A stretch of DNA of 64,000 nt from Pyrinomonadaceae bacterium. GTDB taxonomy: Bacteria; Acidobacteriota; Blastocatellia; Pyrinomonadales; Pyrinomonadaceae. Positions 11,101 to 22,713 of the stretch are shown here, one piece after another. A program made the position numbers and the translations under genes. The notes beneath the pieces are model-generated. The model saw only the letters and a program-made list of their open reading frames with translations. It was not told where the DNA came from and did not search any database. Each line of letters begins with the position of its first letter. The first letter of the stretch is position 1. Location: NCBI GenBank assembly GCA_030838445.1, contig JAUZFQ010000015.1:11001-75000 (forward strand), in the 5' to 3' direction.

Positions 11101-11463
11101 GGGCGACGAGGGCGAGACGGCGCACTTGCGCGAGGCCGGGATGTTGCGCCGCGCCATGTAGTAGGCGGCCACGTCGGCCGACTCCGCGTCGTTCTCGTTG
11201 TAGACGACGAGCACACGCTCGTTGAGCGGTAAGTTGACGGCGAGAGGTTGGACGGGCGGCGCGTTCGCAGCGTTCGACGCTGGCGACGAGGCAGCGCGTG
11301 CGCTTTCGTTTGTCCCGCGCGCGGTGTTGGTGTTGCTGTTGGCGGCGGCGCGCGCACGCGCCCCGGAGAGGGTCAAGGCGAGCGGGAGGTTGACCACGAG
11401 CGCGAAGGCGGCGCAGAGACGCAACAGTTGCCCGACGAGTCGCCGACGAGGCGGGTGAGACAT
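5119..11463 (-). CDS. Giant secreted multidomain protein: signal peptide, N-terminal domain resembling the TIGR03790 family, ConA/DUF1349-like domain, Ig-like domains, CarboxypepD_reg-like domain, SBBP-type beta-propeller repeats, and 3 copies of an unknown C-terminal domain
   Basis: Single 6.3-kb ORF. The likely start is ATG 11463, preceded by GGAGG (11471-11475), rather than 11493. It has a hydrophobic signal, repeated [10 protein letters not shown] motifs (SBBP-like), Ig-like modules (ITSPANNA...VEFYA...APYTF) and Pro-Thr linkers. Confidence 0.85.
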   Translation of the reverse strand: MSHPPRRRLVGQLLRLCAAFALVVNLPLALTLSGARARAAANSNTNTARGTNESARAASSPASNAANAPPVQPLAVNLPLNERVLVVYNENDAESADVAAYYMARRNIPASRKCAVSPSSPVYLSYAEFLSTVKAPVQQCLNLVGRQNILYIVNSFKVPFEIGEAPPQGQPEGGRSLDQFLADVWDEIEPSTLDNPYYAEQQTQANIYTPLHTLANYRDEAGAKNVYSVWRLDAPSAALAKGLVDKAITAETQGLRGRGCFDRNRGQLVYTQADVGYLEPDWNIFRAAEFAREKGFDVIEDSYEALFGTSPAPPRCDNAALYAGWHSLLLYNDAFSWAQGSIGFHLESAAANNPRGGTGWIPNAIAHGLTVTAGSITEPFTEAQPRVDGILRDLFRGANVGDALLRHTLWLKWHMVYLGDPLYRPFPTSTFPVPPAPPAAPWLDQDIGAVGVAGKANQYGGNIAVEGAGQIVHGSPADSFHYTFQPLNGDGEIVARVSRLDNTSNISLTGVMFRESLTASARHISLNVVGGYDGLEVYRRYEPNNPTTWTYGGAGRAPYWLKINRTGNVFKCYVSPDGQTYTLAATETIALPTNAYAGLFVASGNGESLNKSFFDNVSIRRAGDPTPTPTPTPTPTPLNNPPTAAITSPANNATFNAVTHVNINASATDSDGTVTAVEFYADSILLGSDYVAPYTFRWNNPTTGAHALTVKAVDNSGNVKLSSPVNVTINSVVANVAPTASITSPANNAQVAINTDVVITAQATDTDGAINRVNFWADGALIGTDTTAPYSVTFRETRESTHNFWAVAVDDAEARSANSPTVILKFVDPNPTLYITGRVLHQLSTPEKSIPIAGVTLTVTRTATGEVVRTALTDAGGNYSVGPLSQGAALKLSPAKTDYTFAPPSASWSGLPPGASQNFEAAGPLPPGVTPTDPNAPPTAWGASYNGAASDADAAARVAVDGAGNVYVAGTSNNAAGDDADKDIVTVKYNAAGAEQWARRFAGAGGYIDAPAAIAVDGAGNVYVAGYAYSDLTEYDYVTIKYNSAGTQLWVKYYDGTASRDDQATSLKLDAAGNVYVTGYSTGGPVNSRIGFGYATVKYAPDGTQAWVRRFDGYGQCGAGAEDLEVDAAGNIYVTGSVTTATCGGEQDIYTVKYDPAGNTLWAAQFDAPESETGFDIETANGLALDKQGNVCVFGFNWPGDNRRDFLLLKYNGGGSLLWSRNWSAPDNDIIREIAIDDGGNIYATGDSLEADFQNADAVTLKYDPSGTLLWERTYGSPGKWDGDNQLVLDAAGNAYVALQSQTGADYDFTTIKYKPDGTREWVHRPTGFSNDLVYDMAIDPAGNVYLTGQSNVANQATNFLTVKVASGGAQPPANTPPSVSLTSPANNASFTAPASISIAANATDAEGAVGKVEFYANGALLGTDTIAPYTFTWNNVAAGSYTINAKATDAAGASTTSSPVSVVVNNTPTPTPTPTPTPTPTPTPTPTPTPTPTPTATPTPTPTPTPTPTPTPTPTPTPTATPTPTPPPPTPTPTPTPTPLGDVIWIEDAVPTGGILGGDSEGWNWVGTNPPPFSGLSAHQSNIFGGTHQHYFYNATGTLAVNAGDKLITYVYLDPANTPGEMMLQWNDGVWEHRAYWGANIIPWGTDGTASRRYMGALPPAGQWVRLEVPASQIGLEGKTLNGMAFTLYGGRATWDRAGKSNGSVTPTPTPTPTPTPTPTPTPTPTPTPTPSATPTPTPTPTPTPTPGGDVVWFEDAVPTGGALGGDAEGWNWVSTNPPPFSGTAAHQSNIFGGTHQHYFYNATSTFPVNSGERLVTYVYLDPANVPSEIMLQWNDGIWEHRAYWGANIIPWGTDGTASRRYMGALPPAGQWVRLEVPAAQLGLEGKTLNGMAFTLYGGRATWDRTGKSSSGSPTPTPTPTPTPTPTPTPTPTPTPTPTPTPTPTPTPPTTGEVVYVEDALPAGAVSGGDFEGWNWVSTNPPPFSGTAAHQSNIFGGIHQHYFYNATTTLAINANDKLIAYIYLDPANIPNEIMLQWNDGVWDHRAYWGANYIPWGTDGTDSRRYMGALPPVGQWVRLEVPAAQIGLANRTINGIAFTLHGGRATWDRAGKSP
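5609..5722 (-). repeat. (Pro-Thr)n linker-coding hexanucleotide repeat
   Basis: The plus strand reads GTGTCGGCGTCGG-type repeats (GVGV in the antisense frame); the sense frame is PTPTPT. Confidence 0.9.
6221..6346 (-). repeat. (Pro-Thr)n linker-coding repeat
   Basis: Same repeat type as 5609-5722. Confidence 0.9.
6845..7063 (-). repeat. Longest (Pro-Thr)n linker-coding repeat (about 73 codons)
   Basis: Same repeat type, interrupted by a few Ala/Pro codons. Confidence 0.9.
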
Positions 11464-11587
11464 GATCTTTCCTCCGATGCCGATGTAACGCATTTGATAA
11501 AGGATAGAAACGCTTAATGCGAGTGTTTTTCCGCAGGCGGCGCGGCGTCCGAACGCACGGGGGCGGGCAAAGCCTGACGCGCGTGAC

Positions 11588-11989
11588 TCAATTAGTTTCG
11601 GGCGGGACGCTGACCATCTTCCGCAGCAGTTCTTGCAACGCGCGGCGCGGGTCGGAGCACAGCCCGGCGTGCACGGCCGACGTTTGCACGATGGTGCTGC
11701 GCGGCGCGACCAGCCAGTCGAAGCGAGCGCGGCGCGGCAGGCGGCCGATTGTGCCGCCGCCCTCGCCCCCCTCGCAGATCAAGCGTATGGCTTCGAGGTG
11801 CGCCCGCAACTCGTTCACGTCCAGACCCGGCGCGAACGCCGCGAGTCGCCGCTCGTCCAACTCGAACGCGGCGTTCAGGAAGTCGGCCGTCTGGCACGAG
11901 AGGATGACGCCGACGTTCATAAACTCTTCGCGCTCGGCGTGCGGCACGACGCGCACGACGGCGTAGTTAAACGAGTGACGCTCTGACAC
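11588..11989 (-). CDS. DUF3037-like small protein (tentative family assignment)
   Basis: N-terminus [25 protein letters not shown] matches my recollection of DUF3037. The likely start is GTG 11989, preceded by GGAGG (11996-12000), rather than ATG 12046. It overlaps the upstream kinase stop by 23 nt. Confidence 0.55.
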   Translation of the reverse strand: MSERHSFNYAVVRVVPHAEREEFMNVGVILSCQTADFLNAAFELDERRLAAFAPGLDVNELRAHLEAIRLICEGGEGGGTIGRLPRRARFDWLVAPRSTIVQTSAVHAGLCSDPRRALQELLRKMVSVPPETN

Positions 11990-12767
11990 GCGCTGCCTCC
12001 TCGGCGAAAAGTCTGGGCGGTTCGAGCCGCTGCACAAGGTAGTCAACGTAAGCCCGCCGGAACTCGCCCGCGCTCGGGAACGTCGTGTCCGCGGCGAGCC
12101 ACACGTCGGGGATGAGCGAGACGATCTCGCCGACGACTGCGGGCGTCAGGCGGGCGGCGAGCGTCTCGTCGAGTTCCTCCAGCAGCGTCGCGGACGGCAG
12201 CAGGATGTGGTCTTTGATGAGTGCGAACGCGCCGCGGCTGCGCTCAAGGTAGTTCGCCCAAGTGTGATGAAAGTAGAGCGACGCGCCGTGGTCTATGAGC
12301 CAGAGCCGCTTGTGCCACATGAGCATGTTGGCGTTGCGCGGCGTGCGGTCAACGTTCGTCGTGTAAGCGTCGAACCAGACGACCGTGGACGCCAGTTCGG
12401 GACTCAGCTTCTCGACGAGCGGATCAAAGGTGACCGAACCCGGCAGGTAATCGAGCGCGAGGTTGAGTCCGACGCTCGCCTTCAAGAGGTCTTGAATCTC
12501 CGGGTCGGGTTCTGTCCCGGCGAGCGCGGCGTCGAGTTCGACGAAGACGATCTCGGGGACGGGCAAGCCGAGCGCACGGCCGATTTCGCCCGCCAAGAGT
12601 TCCGCGACGAGCGCCTTCGGCCCTTGCCCCGCGCCGCGAAATTTCAGCACGTAGAGTCCGTCGTCGTCCGCCTCGACAATCGCGGGCAGCGAACCGCCCT
12701 CGCGCAGAGGCGTCACGTAACGCGTCGCCGTCACCGTTCGCACATTCAGAGTCAAACTATCTTTCAC
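11967..12767 (-). CDS. HipA-like / PI3-4-kinase-fold Ser/Thr kinase-like protein
   Basis: YVLKFRGAGQGPKALVAELLAGEIGRALGLPVPE, followed by a catalytic-loop-like NVDRTPRNANMLM and LIDHGASL (HipA-type D.H..N and DxG equivalents). Confidence 0.6.
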   Translation of the reverse strand: MKDSLTLNVRTVTATRYVTPLREGGSLPAIVEADDDGLYVLKFRGAGQGPKALVAELLAGEIGRALGLPVPEIVFVELDAALAGTEPDPEIQDLLKASVGLNLALDYLPGSVTFDPLVEKLSPELASTVVWFDAYTTNVDRTPRNANMLMWHKRLWLIDHGASLYFHHTWANYLERSRGAFALIKDHILLPSATLLEELDETLAARLTPAVVGEIVSLIPDVWLAADTTFPSAGEFRRAYVDYLVQRLEPPRLFAEEAARVRASLV

Positions 12768-12797
12768 CCCCGAATCCGGCCGACTCCAACAACTTGA

Positions 12798-13811
<1,014 letters not shown>

Positions 13812-13834
13812 ATTTTTACGACCCGCGCCGCCCC

Positions 13835-14602
13835 CTAGTTAAACTTTCCCAACTCCGTCACACGCGCCTCTTTCGCGGCGACGGCAACCCGGTTCGCCTC
13901 GGCCAGAGTAAAACGTTTTTCGTAAAACGCCTTCCCGATAATCACGCTGTCGATCCTGCCTTCGCACGCAAACTTCAAACGCTCAATCTCCGCGAGCGTC
14001 GACACGCCGCCCGAAGCCGTGACCGCCACGCCCGACGAGAGCGCGACCGCGCACGTCTGCTCGACGTTCACCCCTTCAAGCATCCCATCGCGCGCCACGT
14101 CAGTATAGACGATCCGCGCGACGCCCGATGCCGCCACGCGTGCGGCGAGTTCGCCCGCGCTGATCTCCTCCTGCTTCTCCCACCCGCGTGTGACCACCCG
14201 CCCGTCCCGCGCGTCAATCCCCACGGCGACGCGTTCGCCGAACAGCCCGATGAGTTCCGACAGCAGTTCCGACGACTCGACGACAAGCGTGCCGACGACG
14301 ACCCGCGCCGCGCCGTGTTCGATCATCACGCGCACGTCCGCCACGCTACGCAAGCCGCCGCCGAACTGGACGGGCACACGGACGGCCTCGATGATGCGCC
14401 GCGCCACCTCCCGGTTCGGCGATGCGCTTTCGGCGAACGCCCCGTCGAGATCAACCACGTGCAGCATCCGCGCGCCCGCCGCCTCGAAGCTGCGCGCGAT
14501 CTCCACCGGATCACCGTCGTAAATTTTGGCCTCCGCCTTACGCCCCTGCGTCAGACGCACGCATTGCCCGTTTCTCAAATCAATCGCTGGAATAATCAAC
14601 AT
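13835..14602 (-). CDS. hisA: ProFAR isomerase HisA
   Basis: [20 protein letters not shown]..., (beta/alpha)8 HisA/HisF signature, in his operon context. Confidence 0.9.
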   Translation of the reverse strand: MLIIPAIDLRNGQCVRLTQGRKAEAKIYDGDPVEIARSFEAAGARMLHVVDLDGAFAESASPNREVARRIIEAVRVPVQFGGGLRSVADVRVMIEHGAARVVVGTLVVESSELLSELIGLFGERVAVGIDARDGRVVTRGWEKQEEISAGELAARVAASGVARIVYTDVARDGMLEGVNVEQTCAVALSSGVAVTASGGVSTLAEIERLKFACEGRIDSVIIGKAFYEKRFTLAEANRVAVAAKEARVTELGKFN

Positions 14603-14608
14603 CTAATT

Positions 14609-14664
14609 TCTCACGCTTAACTTCTCACGCTTCATTTCTCACGCTTCATTTCTCACGCTTCATT
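14609..14664 (-). repeat. Four tandem 14-nt units (minus-strand AATGAAGCGTGAGA) filling the hisN-hisA spacer
   Basis: Plus-strand units tctcacgcttcatt at 14651-14664, 14637-14650 and 14623-14636, plus variant tctcacgcttaact at 14609-14622. The first unit contains the hisN stop codon. Confidence 0.95.
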
Positions 14665-15438
14665 TTTGACGTGGCCGAGCACGGTCTCGAAGAGGAGGCC
14701 GTTAGTGGAGATGGCATTGCCCCCGCGAATTGTGCGTCGGCCGCCCCAGTCTGTGAACGTCCCTCCGGCCTCTTCGAGGATGGGCAAGAGCGGCGCGCAG
14801 TCCCACACGTTCATCACCGGGTCGAGCATCACCTCCGCGCGCCCGGTGGCGACGAGGACGTGCCCGTAGCAATCGCCCCACGTGCGCCGCGCGCCCGCCG
14901 CCTGTTCCAAACGGCGCGCCGCCTCGCCGAAGCCGTAACGCTCGCACGTCCCGAAGTCAGTCGAGAGCAACAGGGCATCCACGAGCGTCGGCGTGGCGGA
15001 GACGCTCGCGCGCGTGTCGTTCCAGAAGCAGCCCGCGCCCCGCGCCGCGTAGACGATCTCGCCGAGCGCGGGCAAATTGACGACGCCCAGGCAAACCTCT
15101 TCCGCGATCTCCAAACCGATGAGCACGCCGTAGAGCGGCACGCCGTGGACGAACGAGTAAGTGCCGTCAATCGGATCAATGATCCACTGCCTGCCGGACG
15201 AACCAGCGCGCGTCTCTTCCTCTTCGCCGAGCACCGCGTCGTGCGGAAATTTTTCTTCGATGCGCGCGCGGATGAACCTTTCGGCTTCGCGATCCGCCTG
15301 CGTCACGAACGAGCCGTCGGCCTTGCGTTCGGGCGTGAAGGGTCGCCGGAAGTGGCGCAAGGTAATCTCGCCCGCCCCGCGCGCGAGTCCGACGGCGAAC
15401 TCCAACAACTCTTCCAATCCCGTTTCATCCTGTTTCAT
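14653..15438 (-). CDS. hisN: Inositol monophosphatase-family protein, probable histidinol-phosphate phosphatase HisN
   Basis: IMPase motifs WIIDPIDGT and WDCAPLLPILEEAGG. It is embedded in the his operon, where HisB is dehydratase-only. Its start overlaps the hisIE stop. Confidence 0.7.
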   Translation of the reverse strand: MKQDETGLEELLEFAVGLARGAGEITLRHFRRPFTPERKADGSFVTQADREAERFIRARIEEKFPHDAVLGEEEETRAGSSGRQWIIDPIDGTYSFVHGVPLYGVLIGLEIAEEVCLGVVNLPALGEIVYAARGAGCFWNDTRASVSATPTLVDALLLSTDFGTCERYGFGEAARRLEQAAGARRTWGDCYGHVLVATGRAEVMLDPVMNVWDCAPLLPILEEAGGTFTDWGGRRTIRGGNAISTNGLLFETVLGHVKNEA

Positions 15439-16136
15439 TTCGCGCCCCGCTTCCCCTCACGCACGGCCAGTTCCGACTCGATCTCTTCCAACCCGACGCC
15501 GCGCTCGACCAGCAGCACGAGCAGATGATAGAGCAAATCCGATACTTCGCCGGCGAGCGCGTGCGCGTCTTCGTTCTTCGCCGCGATGATCGTCTCGGCC
15601 GACTCTTCGCCCACTTTTTTCAAAATCTTATCCAACCCCTGCTCGAACAGATAGGTCGTGTACGCGCCCGCGGGGCGTTCCCGCCGCCTGCTCTCGATCA
15701 GCGCGTACAGCCCCGCGAGTGTCGCGCCGAGCGAACGCGGGCGTCTTGTCTTAACGTCGCCTTCGCTCTCGCCGAACTCATTCACACTTTCGATCTTGAG
15801 TTCATTCGCACTTTCGATCTCGTGTTGAAAACATGAACGCGCGCCCGTATGACACGCCGGGCCTGACGGCTCGACGAGCGCGACGAGCGCGTCGCGGTCG
15901 CAGTCAACCGCGACGCCGAGGACGCGTTGCGTGTGGCCGGAAGTTTCGCCCTTATGCCAGAGTGCGGCGCGCGAACGCGACCAGAACCACGTCTCCCCCG
16001 TGTCGAGCGTGCGCCGCAAACTCTCCGCGTTCGCGTAGGCGACGGTGAGCACCTCGCGCGTCGCCGCGTCCTGCACGACCACGGGGACGAGGCCGCGCTC
16101 GTCGTACTTCAAATCCTCCAACGCGTATTTCGTCAT
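15435..16136 (-). CDS. hisIE: Bifunctional phosphoribosyl-AMP cyclohydrolase / phosphoribosyl-ATP pyrophosphatase HisIE
   Basis: [23 protein letters not shown]...[17 protein letters not shown] (HisI) followed by [21 protein letters not shown]...[13 protein letters not shown] (HisE). The true start ATG 16136 overlaps the hisF stop (ATGA). The Arg-rich 113-aa extension in the ORF track is spurious. Confidence 0.9.
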   Translation of the reverse strand: MTKYALEDLKYDERGLVPVVVQDAATREVLTVAYANAESLRRTLDTGETWFWSRSRAALWHKGETSGHTQRVLGVAVDCDRDALVALVEPSGPACHTGARSCFQHEIESANELKIESVNEFGESEGDVKTRRPRSLGATLAGLYALIESRRRERPAGAYTTYLFEQGLDKILKKVGEESAETIIAAKNEDAHALAGEVSDLLYHLLVLLVERGVGLEEIESELAVREGKRGAK

Positions 16137-16927
16137 CGCACCACGACTCCCCTCCCACGCAAGTATTGTTTGACCTCCGACACCTTGTGCTCGCCGAAAT
16201 GAAAGAGCGACGCGGCGAGCACCGCGCTCGCGCGCCCCACGGTGAGCGCATCGTAAAAATGTTCGAGCCGACCCGCGCCGCCGGAGGCGATGACGGGCAC
16301 GCGCACCGCGTCGGCCACGGCGCGCGTCAGTTCGAGGTCGAAGCCGTCGCGCGTGCCGTCCGCGTCCATGCTCGTCAACAGTATCTCGCCCGCGCCGAGT
16401 TGTTCCGCGCGCGCAGCCCATTCGACCGCATCCAGCCCCGTGTTGCGCCGCCCGCCGTGCGTGAACACGTCCCACCCGCTCGTCGCGCCGTTGCTACTAC
16501 TGCTGCTGCTGCTGTCGCCCGTCACTCTCCGCCGCGCGTCAATGGCGACGACCATGCACTGGCTGCCGAAAGTTTCTGCTCCCGCGCCGATCACTTCGGG
16601 GTGTTCGACGGCGGCCGTGTTGAGCGTCACCTTGTCAGCCCCGGCGCGCAGCACCGCGCGAATGTCTTCGAGCGTGCCGAGGCCGCCCCCGACGGTGAAC
16701 GGGATGAACACCTCGTCGGCCACGCGGCGCACGAGTTCAGAGACGATGGCGCGTCTGTCCGAAGAGGCCGTGATGTCGAGGAACGTCAACTCGTCCGCGC
16801 CCTCCGCGTCGTAACGCTTCGCCTGTTCCACCGGATCGCCCGCGTCCACGAGCGACAGAAAGCGGATACCTTTGACCACGCGCCCGCGATCAACGTCGAG
16901 ACACGGGATGATCCGTTTGGCTAACAT
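16133..16927 (-). CDS. hisF: Imidazole glycerol phosphate synthase cyclase subunit HisF
   Basis: [20 protein letters not shown]... plus conserved HisF motifs. It contains an unusual poly-Ser insertion ([15 protein letters not shown]). Confidence 0.95.
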   Translation of the reverse strand: MLAKRIIPCLDVDRGRVVKGIRFLSLVDAGDPVEQAKRYDAEGADELTFLDITASSDRRAIVSELVRRVADEVFIPFTVGGGLGTLEDIRAVLRAGADKVTLNTAAVEHPEVIGAGAETFGSQCMVVAIDARRRVTGDSSSSSSSNGATSGWDVFTHGGRRNTGLDAVEWAARAEQLGAGEILLTSMDADGTRDGFDLELTRAVADAVRVPVIASGGAGRLEHFYDALTVGRASAVLAASLFHFGEHKVSEVKQYLRGRGVVVR

Positions 16928-17560
16928 CTAGCTCGCACCCGCTTCCAACCCGGCGAAGTTTTTGAGCAGGCGCAAGCCCGCCGCCTGACTCTTCTCCGGG
17001 TGAAACTGCACGCCGCACACAGCCCCGCGCGCCACGACCGAAGCATAAGCCGCGCCGTATTCCGTCTCTCCCAACACGACCTCGCGCGCCTCAGGCTCGC
17101 AATAGTATGAATGGACGAAATAGAAAAACGTCCCTTCCTCAACGCCCGCTAACAACGCATGAACGCCCCGCTGCACGACCTGATTCCAACCCGTCTGCGG
17201 CACTAACAACTCCTTCGGGAAACGTCGGACACGACCGCCGAGCAACCCCAACCCCTGTGTCCGCCCGAACTCCTCCGACTCTTCAAACAACATCTGCATC
17301 CCCACGCACACGCCCAAAAGCGGAGTGCCCGTCGCGGCGCGTTCGCGCACGAGTTCGTCGAAGCCGCGCGCGCGCAGCGCACTCATGCACGCGCCGAACG
17401 CGCCGACGCCCGGCAGCACCAAACGCTTCGCCGCGCGCAGCACGCGCTCGTCGCCGCTCACCAACGCCTCGCAATTCGTCGCCCCGAAAGCCTTCTCCAC
17501 CGAGCGCAGATTGCCGACGCCGTAATCAATGATCGCCACTTCCGCAACGCGCACGCTCAC
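16928..17560 (-). CDS. hisH: Imidazole glycerol phosphate synthase glutamine amidotransferase subunit HisH
   Basis: [31 protein letters not shown] (catalytic Cys), FHPEKS. Confidence 0.9.
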   Translation of the reverse strand: MSVRVAEVAIIDYGVGNLRSVEKAFGATNCEALVSGDERVLRAAKRLVLPGVGAFGACMSALRARGFDELVRERAATGTPLLGVCVGMQMLFEESEEFGRTQGLGLLGGRVRRFPKELLVPQTGWNQVVQRGVHALLAGVEEGTFFYFVHSYYCEPEAREVVLGETEYGAAYASVVARGAVCGVQFHPEKSQAAGLRLLKNFAGLEAGAS

Positions 17561-18165
17561 AAACTCCCCTTCGTGCTCGGCACGCCTTCGACGCGCGAAT
17601 CGAGTTCCACCGCCTGCCTGAGCGCGCGCGCCGTCGCCTTAAACGTCGCTTCGAGGATGTGGTGCGTGTTGCGCCCGCGCAGCAGATCGAGGTGCAAGTT
17701 GCAGCGCACGGCTTCTGCAAACGAACGCCAGAAATGTTCGGCCAACTCGACCGAGAAGTTGCCGATGGCCTGTCGCCGCGTCTCCACTTCGTAGACGAGG
17801 TAGAAGCGTCCCGACAGATCAACCACCGCTCGGCACAACGCTTCGTCCATCGGCACTATGCCTGCGCCGTAACGCGTGATGCCGCGCTTGTCGCCGAGCG
17901 CTTCGGCGAACGCCTGTCCGAGCGAGATGGCGACATCCTCCACCGAATGATGATCGTCAATTTCCAGATCGCCGCGACACTCCACTTCGAGATCGAAGAG
18001 GCCGTGGCGCGCAAACAAGTCGAGCATGTGATCGAGGAACGGCACGCCGGTCGAGATGCGCCCCCGCCCCGTGCCGTCGAGATTGATCGAGACACGCACG
18101 TCGGTCTCTTTCGTCTGCCGTTGAACTCGCCCCGTGCGCGCACGCGTTTGCAGTTGAGTGCTCAT
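17557..18165 (-). CDS. hisB: Imidazoleglycerol-phosphate dehydratase HisB (monofunctional)
   Basis: [16 protein letters not shown]...GVPFLDHML...[11 protein letters not shown]...[12 protein letters not shown]. Confidence 0.95.
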   Translation of the reverse strand: MSTQLQTRARTGRVQRQTKETDVRVSINLDGTGRGRISTGVPFLDHMLDLFARHGLFDLEVECRGDLEIDDHHSVEDVAISLGQAFAEALGDKRGITRYGAGIVPMDEALCRAVVDLSGRFYLVYEVETRRQAIGNFSVELAEHFWRSFAEAVRCNLHLDLLRGRNTHHILEATFKATARALRQAVELDSRVEGVPSTKGSL

Positions 18166-19310
18166 AATTTTTCTCTCACGTTTGCCAGAGGTGAACTTGC
18201 GACTTCTTCACCGTCGCCTTCTCCCGGCGATTGCTTTCCTTCGTCGAATATTTCCTGCAACGCCGACAGGAGCAGATCGTTCTCGCGCGGCGTGCCGACG
18301 CTGACGCGGAAATAGTCTTGCAGCAACGGGTAGCCGCTCACGTCGCGGATCAGGATGTCGCGCTTGAGCAGTTCTGCAAAGACGCGGCGCGGCGCGAGCG
18401 TGGAACGCACGACCATGAAGTTCGCCTCCGACGCGACCGGCTCAAGTCCCTCAATTGCACGCAGACCTTCACACAGCCGCCCGCGCTCGGCGACGATTTG
18501 CGTGATGAGCGGTCGCAGTTCCGTCTCGTACAACTCGACGGCGACTTCCGCAATCGTCTGCGAGACGACGTTGAGGTTGTAGGGCAGCACGGCCTTCGCG
18601 ATCTCTCGCGCGAGTTCCGGCGCGGCCAGCAGGTAGCCGACGCGCAACGCCGCCAACGCCATCGCCTTCGAGAAGGTGCGAAACACGACGAGGTTCGGGT
18701 GTTCGTGCAATAGCCTCACGACCGTCCGTTCGGAAAACTCGAAGTAGGCTTCGTCAACGGCGACGAGTCCGCGCGAGACTTCGAGCAGCGAGACGAGTTC
18801 CGCATCAACGATCCTGCACCCCGTCGGGTTGTTGGGCGAGCAGATGATCGTCACGTCCGGTCTGTCCGACACGATCTTTTCGCGCAGGGCGGCCGTGTCG
18901 TATTTCAAACGCGCGGCGAGCGGCACGCTCAACACGTCGCCGCCGAGGACGGTAGCGACCTGCCGGTAGAGCGCGAACGTCGGCTCGCTGATGAGCACGC
19001 GCTTGCCCTCGCTGACCGTCACCATCAACAAGGATTGAATCAATTCGTTCGAGCCATTGCCCGCGATGATGCCGTCCGCGCGCCACCCGGCGAAGGCCGC
19101 GAGCCGCTCGTGCAAACTCGCGGGCACGAAATCCGGGTAGCGCGACCACGCGCGCCCGCCGAGACGACGCAAGCTCTCCTCCCTGATCCGCTCCGGCGCG
19201 TCCCACGGGTTCTCGTTCTGGTTGAGCTTGACGGCGGCGCGCTCCGGCGTCAGCGTGTAAGCACGCAGTTCGCGCACGCGCGGCTTGATCGTGTCCAACA
19301 AATCGGGCAT
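18162..19310 (-). CDS. hisC: Histidinol-phosphate aminotransferase HisC
   Basis: Class-II aminotransferase motifs (LNQNENP..., [23 protein letters not shown]). The preferred start is ATG 19310, with AGGAG 8 nt upstream; the ORF track starts at 19364. Confidence 0.9.
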   Translation of the reverse strand: MPDLLDTIKPRVRELRAYTLTPERAAVKLNQNENPWDAPERIREESLRRLGGRAWSRYPDFVPASLHERLAAFAGWRADGIIAGNGSNELIQSLLMVTVSEGKRVLISEPTFALYRQVATVLGGDVLSVPLAARLKYDTAALREKIVSDRPDVTIICSPNNPTGCRIVDAELVSLLEVSRGLVAVDEAYFEFSERTVVRLLHEHPNLVVFRTFSKAMALAALRVGYLLAAPELAREIAKAVLPYNLNVVSQTIAEVAVELYETELRPLITQIVAERGRLCEGLRAIEGLEPVASEANFMVVRSTLAPRRVFAELLKRDILIRDVSGYPLLQDYFRVSVGTPRENDLLLSALQEIFDEGKQSPGEGDGEEVASSPLANVREKL

Positions 19311-19369
19311 AGATAATCTCCTGCAACTACCTTTCGGCCACGTGCGGCCGCCATAAACTTTCACGCCGC

Positions 19370-20667
<1,298 letters not shown>

Positions 20668-20671
<4 letters not shown>

Positions 20672-21309
20672 CCCGCCACTCCTTTACGTAACCCCCGGCT
20701 CAACGCTTCGATCAGACGCGACACCGCCGTCGGCTTCAGTTGATAGCTCGCGCGGTTGACCACGAGACGTGCTGACGACTCCGCGATCACTTCCACCACT
20801 TCGAGGCCGTTCTCCGAGAGCGTCCGCCCTGTCTCCACGAGGTCAACGATGCAGTCGGCGAGGCCGAGCACCGGCGCGAGTTCGACCGACCCGGACAACT
20901 CGATGATCTCGACCGGCACGCCGCGCGCGCCGAAGTGCGCGGCCGCGATCTGCGGATACTTCGTGGCGACGCGCAGCGCGCCCGTCACCGGGCGCGACTG
21001 TCCCGCGTGGGTCGCGACGGCGATCCTGCAAAAGCCGATGCGCAGGTCGAGCGGCTGCAAGAGGTCTGCGGCGGATTCGAGCAGCACGTCGCGCCCGACG
21101 ACGCCGCAATCCGCGATCCCGTGCTCCACGTAGACGGGCACGTCCGACGGCTTGACGAAGACGAAGCGATACGCGCCGCTCTCGTCTTCAATCGCCAGAC
21201 GCCTCGACTTGAGCGCCGACCCGCTGACGCTGACGCCGGAGCGCGCCAGCAGTTCGAGCGTCTCGTCCTGCATTCTTCCCTTCGCCACCGCGACAGTTAA
21301 TTCCGGCAT
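20668..21309 (-). CDS. hisG: ATP phosphoribosyltransferase, short form HisG
   Basis: 213 aa (LTVAVAKGRM..., DLVETGRTL) without the C-terminal regulatory domain. It is paired with hisZ. Confidence 0.9.
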
Positions 21310-21318
21310 CCGCTTTTC

Positions 21319-22452
21319 TCACCCCGCGTAGTTAATCAACACACGCTCGCCCCGCGCGCGCCGTACCCGCGCGTCAACTAAAATCTCTGACGGTTCAATA
21401 GCAGCCTTGTCATGAAGCGCGCGAACATTTGCGCCGACAGTTTCATCCGAAGTCGCGACGCCCTTCTTGCGCATGAGCACATCGGTCAACGCGTCGAGGT
21501 CGAGGACGAAACCGACCGCCGGTTCAGCCCTGCCGAAGTTTGCCGTCAGATTGTCGTAACGGCCACCGCCGCCGACGCGCGCGCCCGCGCCCGCCACGTA
21601 AATTTTGAAGGTCAGGCCGGTGTAATAATCGAGTCCCGACACGTCTCCGAGATCGATGTCGCAAACTTCGTCCAAGCCCAACGCGCGAACGATGCGCCAC
21701 AAAGATTCAAGCTCGTCGAGCGCAACGAGCGAGCGCGGGTTGGTGATGATGCGCCGCGCTTCGTCGAGTATCTCGCCCTTGCCGGAGAGTTGCGTGAGGC
21801 GCGAGAAGGAGATGCGTTCGCGCTCCGTGGTGTCGAAGTGCGAGAGGAATTTTTGCAGTTCGGCTGCGTCGCGCGTGTCCACGAGTTGCCGCATTCGCTC
21901 GCGTTCGGCGTCGTCGAGCGTCAGGTGTTCGGAGATGCCGCTAAAGATTTCGACGCTGTTGATCGTGATGCGGTAGTCGCCGCCGAGGTTCAACGCCGCG
22001 AGAATTTCCGCCGCGACCGAGAGCGTCTCCGCCTCCGCGCCCCTGCCTCCGACGCCGATCAGTTCGCAGCCGAGTTGTTTGTTCTCGCGCCTCCATTCGG
22101 CGTGAGTCAGTTGCCGCTGGTGGAACACGGGCGACGCGTAGCAGAAACGCAGCGGGCGCGTCTTCTCCGCGAAGAGCGTCGCGGCGGCGCGCGCCACCGA
22201 AGAGGTCACGTCGGGTCGGAGCGCGAGCATCAGCCCGTCGCCGTCCGTGAAACGGAAAGCACGGTGCGCCGCCTCGTAACCCATCCCGCGCTCGAACAGC
22301 GCGAGGTAATCAACGCACGGCGTCGTGATCTCTTCGTAAGACCAGCCGTCGAACACGGCCATGATCGTGTCTTCGACGCCGCGCCGCAGACGCGCCTCCG
22401 CGCCGAAGTAATAACGCATGCCGCCGGGAATTTTTGAGAGTGGCTCAATCAT
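21319..22452 (-). CDS. hisZ: ATP phosphoribosyltransferase regulatory subunit HisZ (HisRS paralogue)
   Basis: Class-II aaRS-like core (FRFTDGDGLMLALRPDVT, GGGGRYDNL) lacking an anticodon-binding domain. It lies immediately upstream of the short hisG. Confidence 0.85.
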   Translation of the reverse strand: MIEPLSKIPGGMRYYFGAEARLRRGVEDTIMAVFDGWSYEEITTPCVDYLALFERGMGYEAAHRAFRFTDGDGLMLALRPDVTSSVARAAATLFAEKTRPLRFCYASPVFHQRQLTHAEWRRENKQLGCELIGVGGRGAEAETLSVAAEILAALNLGGDYRITINSVEIFSGISEHLTLDDAERERMRQLVDTRDAAELQKFLSHFDTTERERISFSRLTQLSGKGEILDEARRIITNPRSLVALDELESLWRIVRALGLDEVCDIDLGDVSGLDYYTGLTFKIYVAGAGARVGGGGRYDNLTANFGRAEPAVGFVLDLDALTDVLMRKKGVATSDETVGANVRALHDKAAIEPSEILVDARVRRARGERVLINYAG

Positions 22453-22480
22453 AAAATCGTGTGCGCCGCCCGCACTGCTC

Positions 22481-22541
22481 TTAAAACAAAAAGAAGAACC
22501 CGCTGCCGACTCGTCGCGAGACAGTTGGCAGCGGGTTCTTC
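22481..22541 (-). terminator. Intrinsic terminator hairpin plus U-tract in the his leader (candidate attenuator terminator)
   Basis: Perfect 15-bp stem GAAGAACCCGCTGCC (22541-22527) / GGCAGCGGGTTCTTC (22507-22493) with a 19-nt loop, followed by TTTTTGTTTT. It ends about 30 nt before the hisZ ATG. Confidence 0.7.
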
Positions 22542-22566
22542 GGTAACGAAGCGTGAGTCTTTTTAA

Positions 22567-22701
22567 CTACTCACGCATCTTTTCGTGGGAGTCCACAAAA
22601 ACCGGCGCGCTGCCAGCATGGCGATGATGGACGCCATGATGCAAAGCCCCGCCGGTATGTTGGGCGACTGTGAAAAATTGCTTCGTATAATTCCGATTCA
22701 T
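22567..22701 (-). CDS. Candidate his operon leader peptide (44 aa, 7 His)
   Basis: The unlisted small ORF ATG 22701 to TAG 22567 encodes MNRNYTKQFFTVAQHTGGALHHGVHHRHAGSAPVFVDSHEKMRE. It lies between a promoter-like element and the terminator, upstream of hisZ. Confidence 0.6.
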   Translation of the reverse strand: MNRNYTKQFFTVAQHTGGALHHGVHHRHAGSAPVFVDSHEKMRE

Positions 22702-22713
22702 AAAAGTTTGAAT

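Noticed and set aside
15435-16475. 346-aa ORF with an Arg-rich 113-aa N-terminal extension overlapping hisF.
   Set aside because: HisI homology begins at MTKYALEDL (ATG 16136), which overlaps the hisF stop as ATGA. The extension is a high-GC out-of-frame shadow of hisF.
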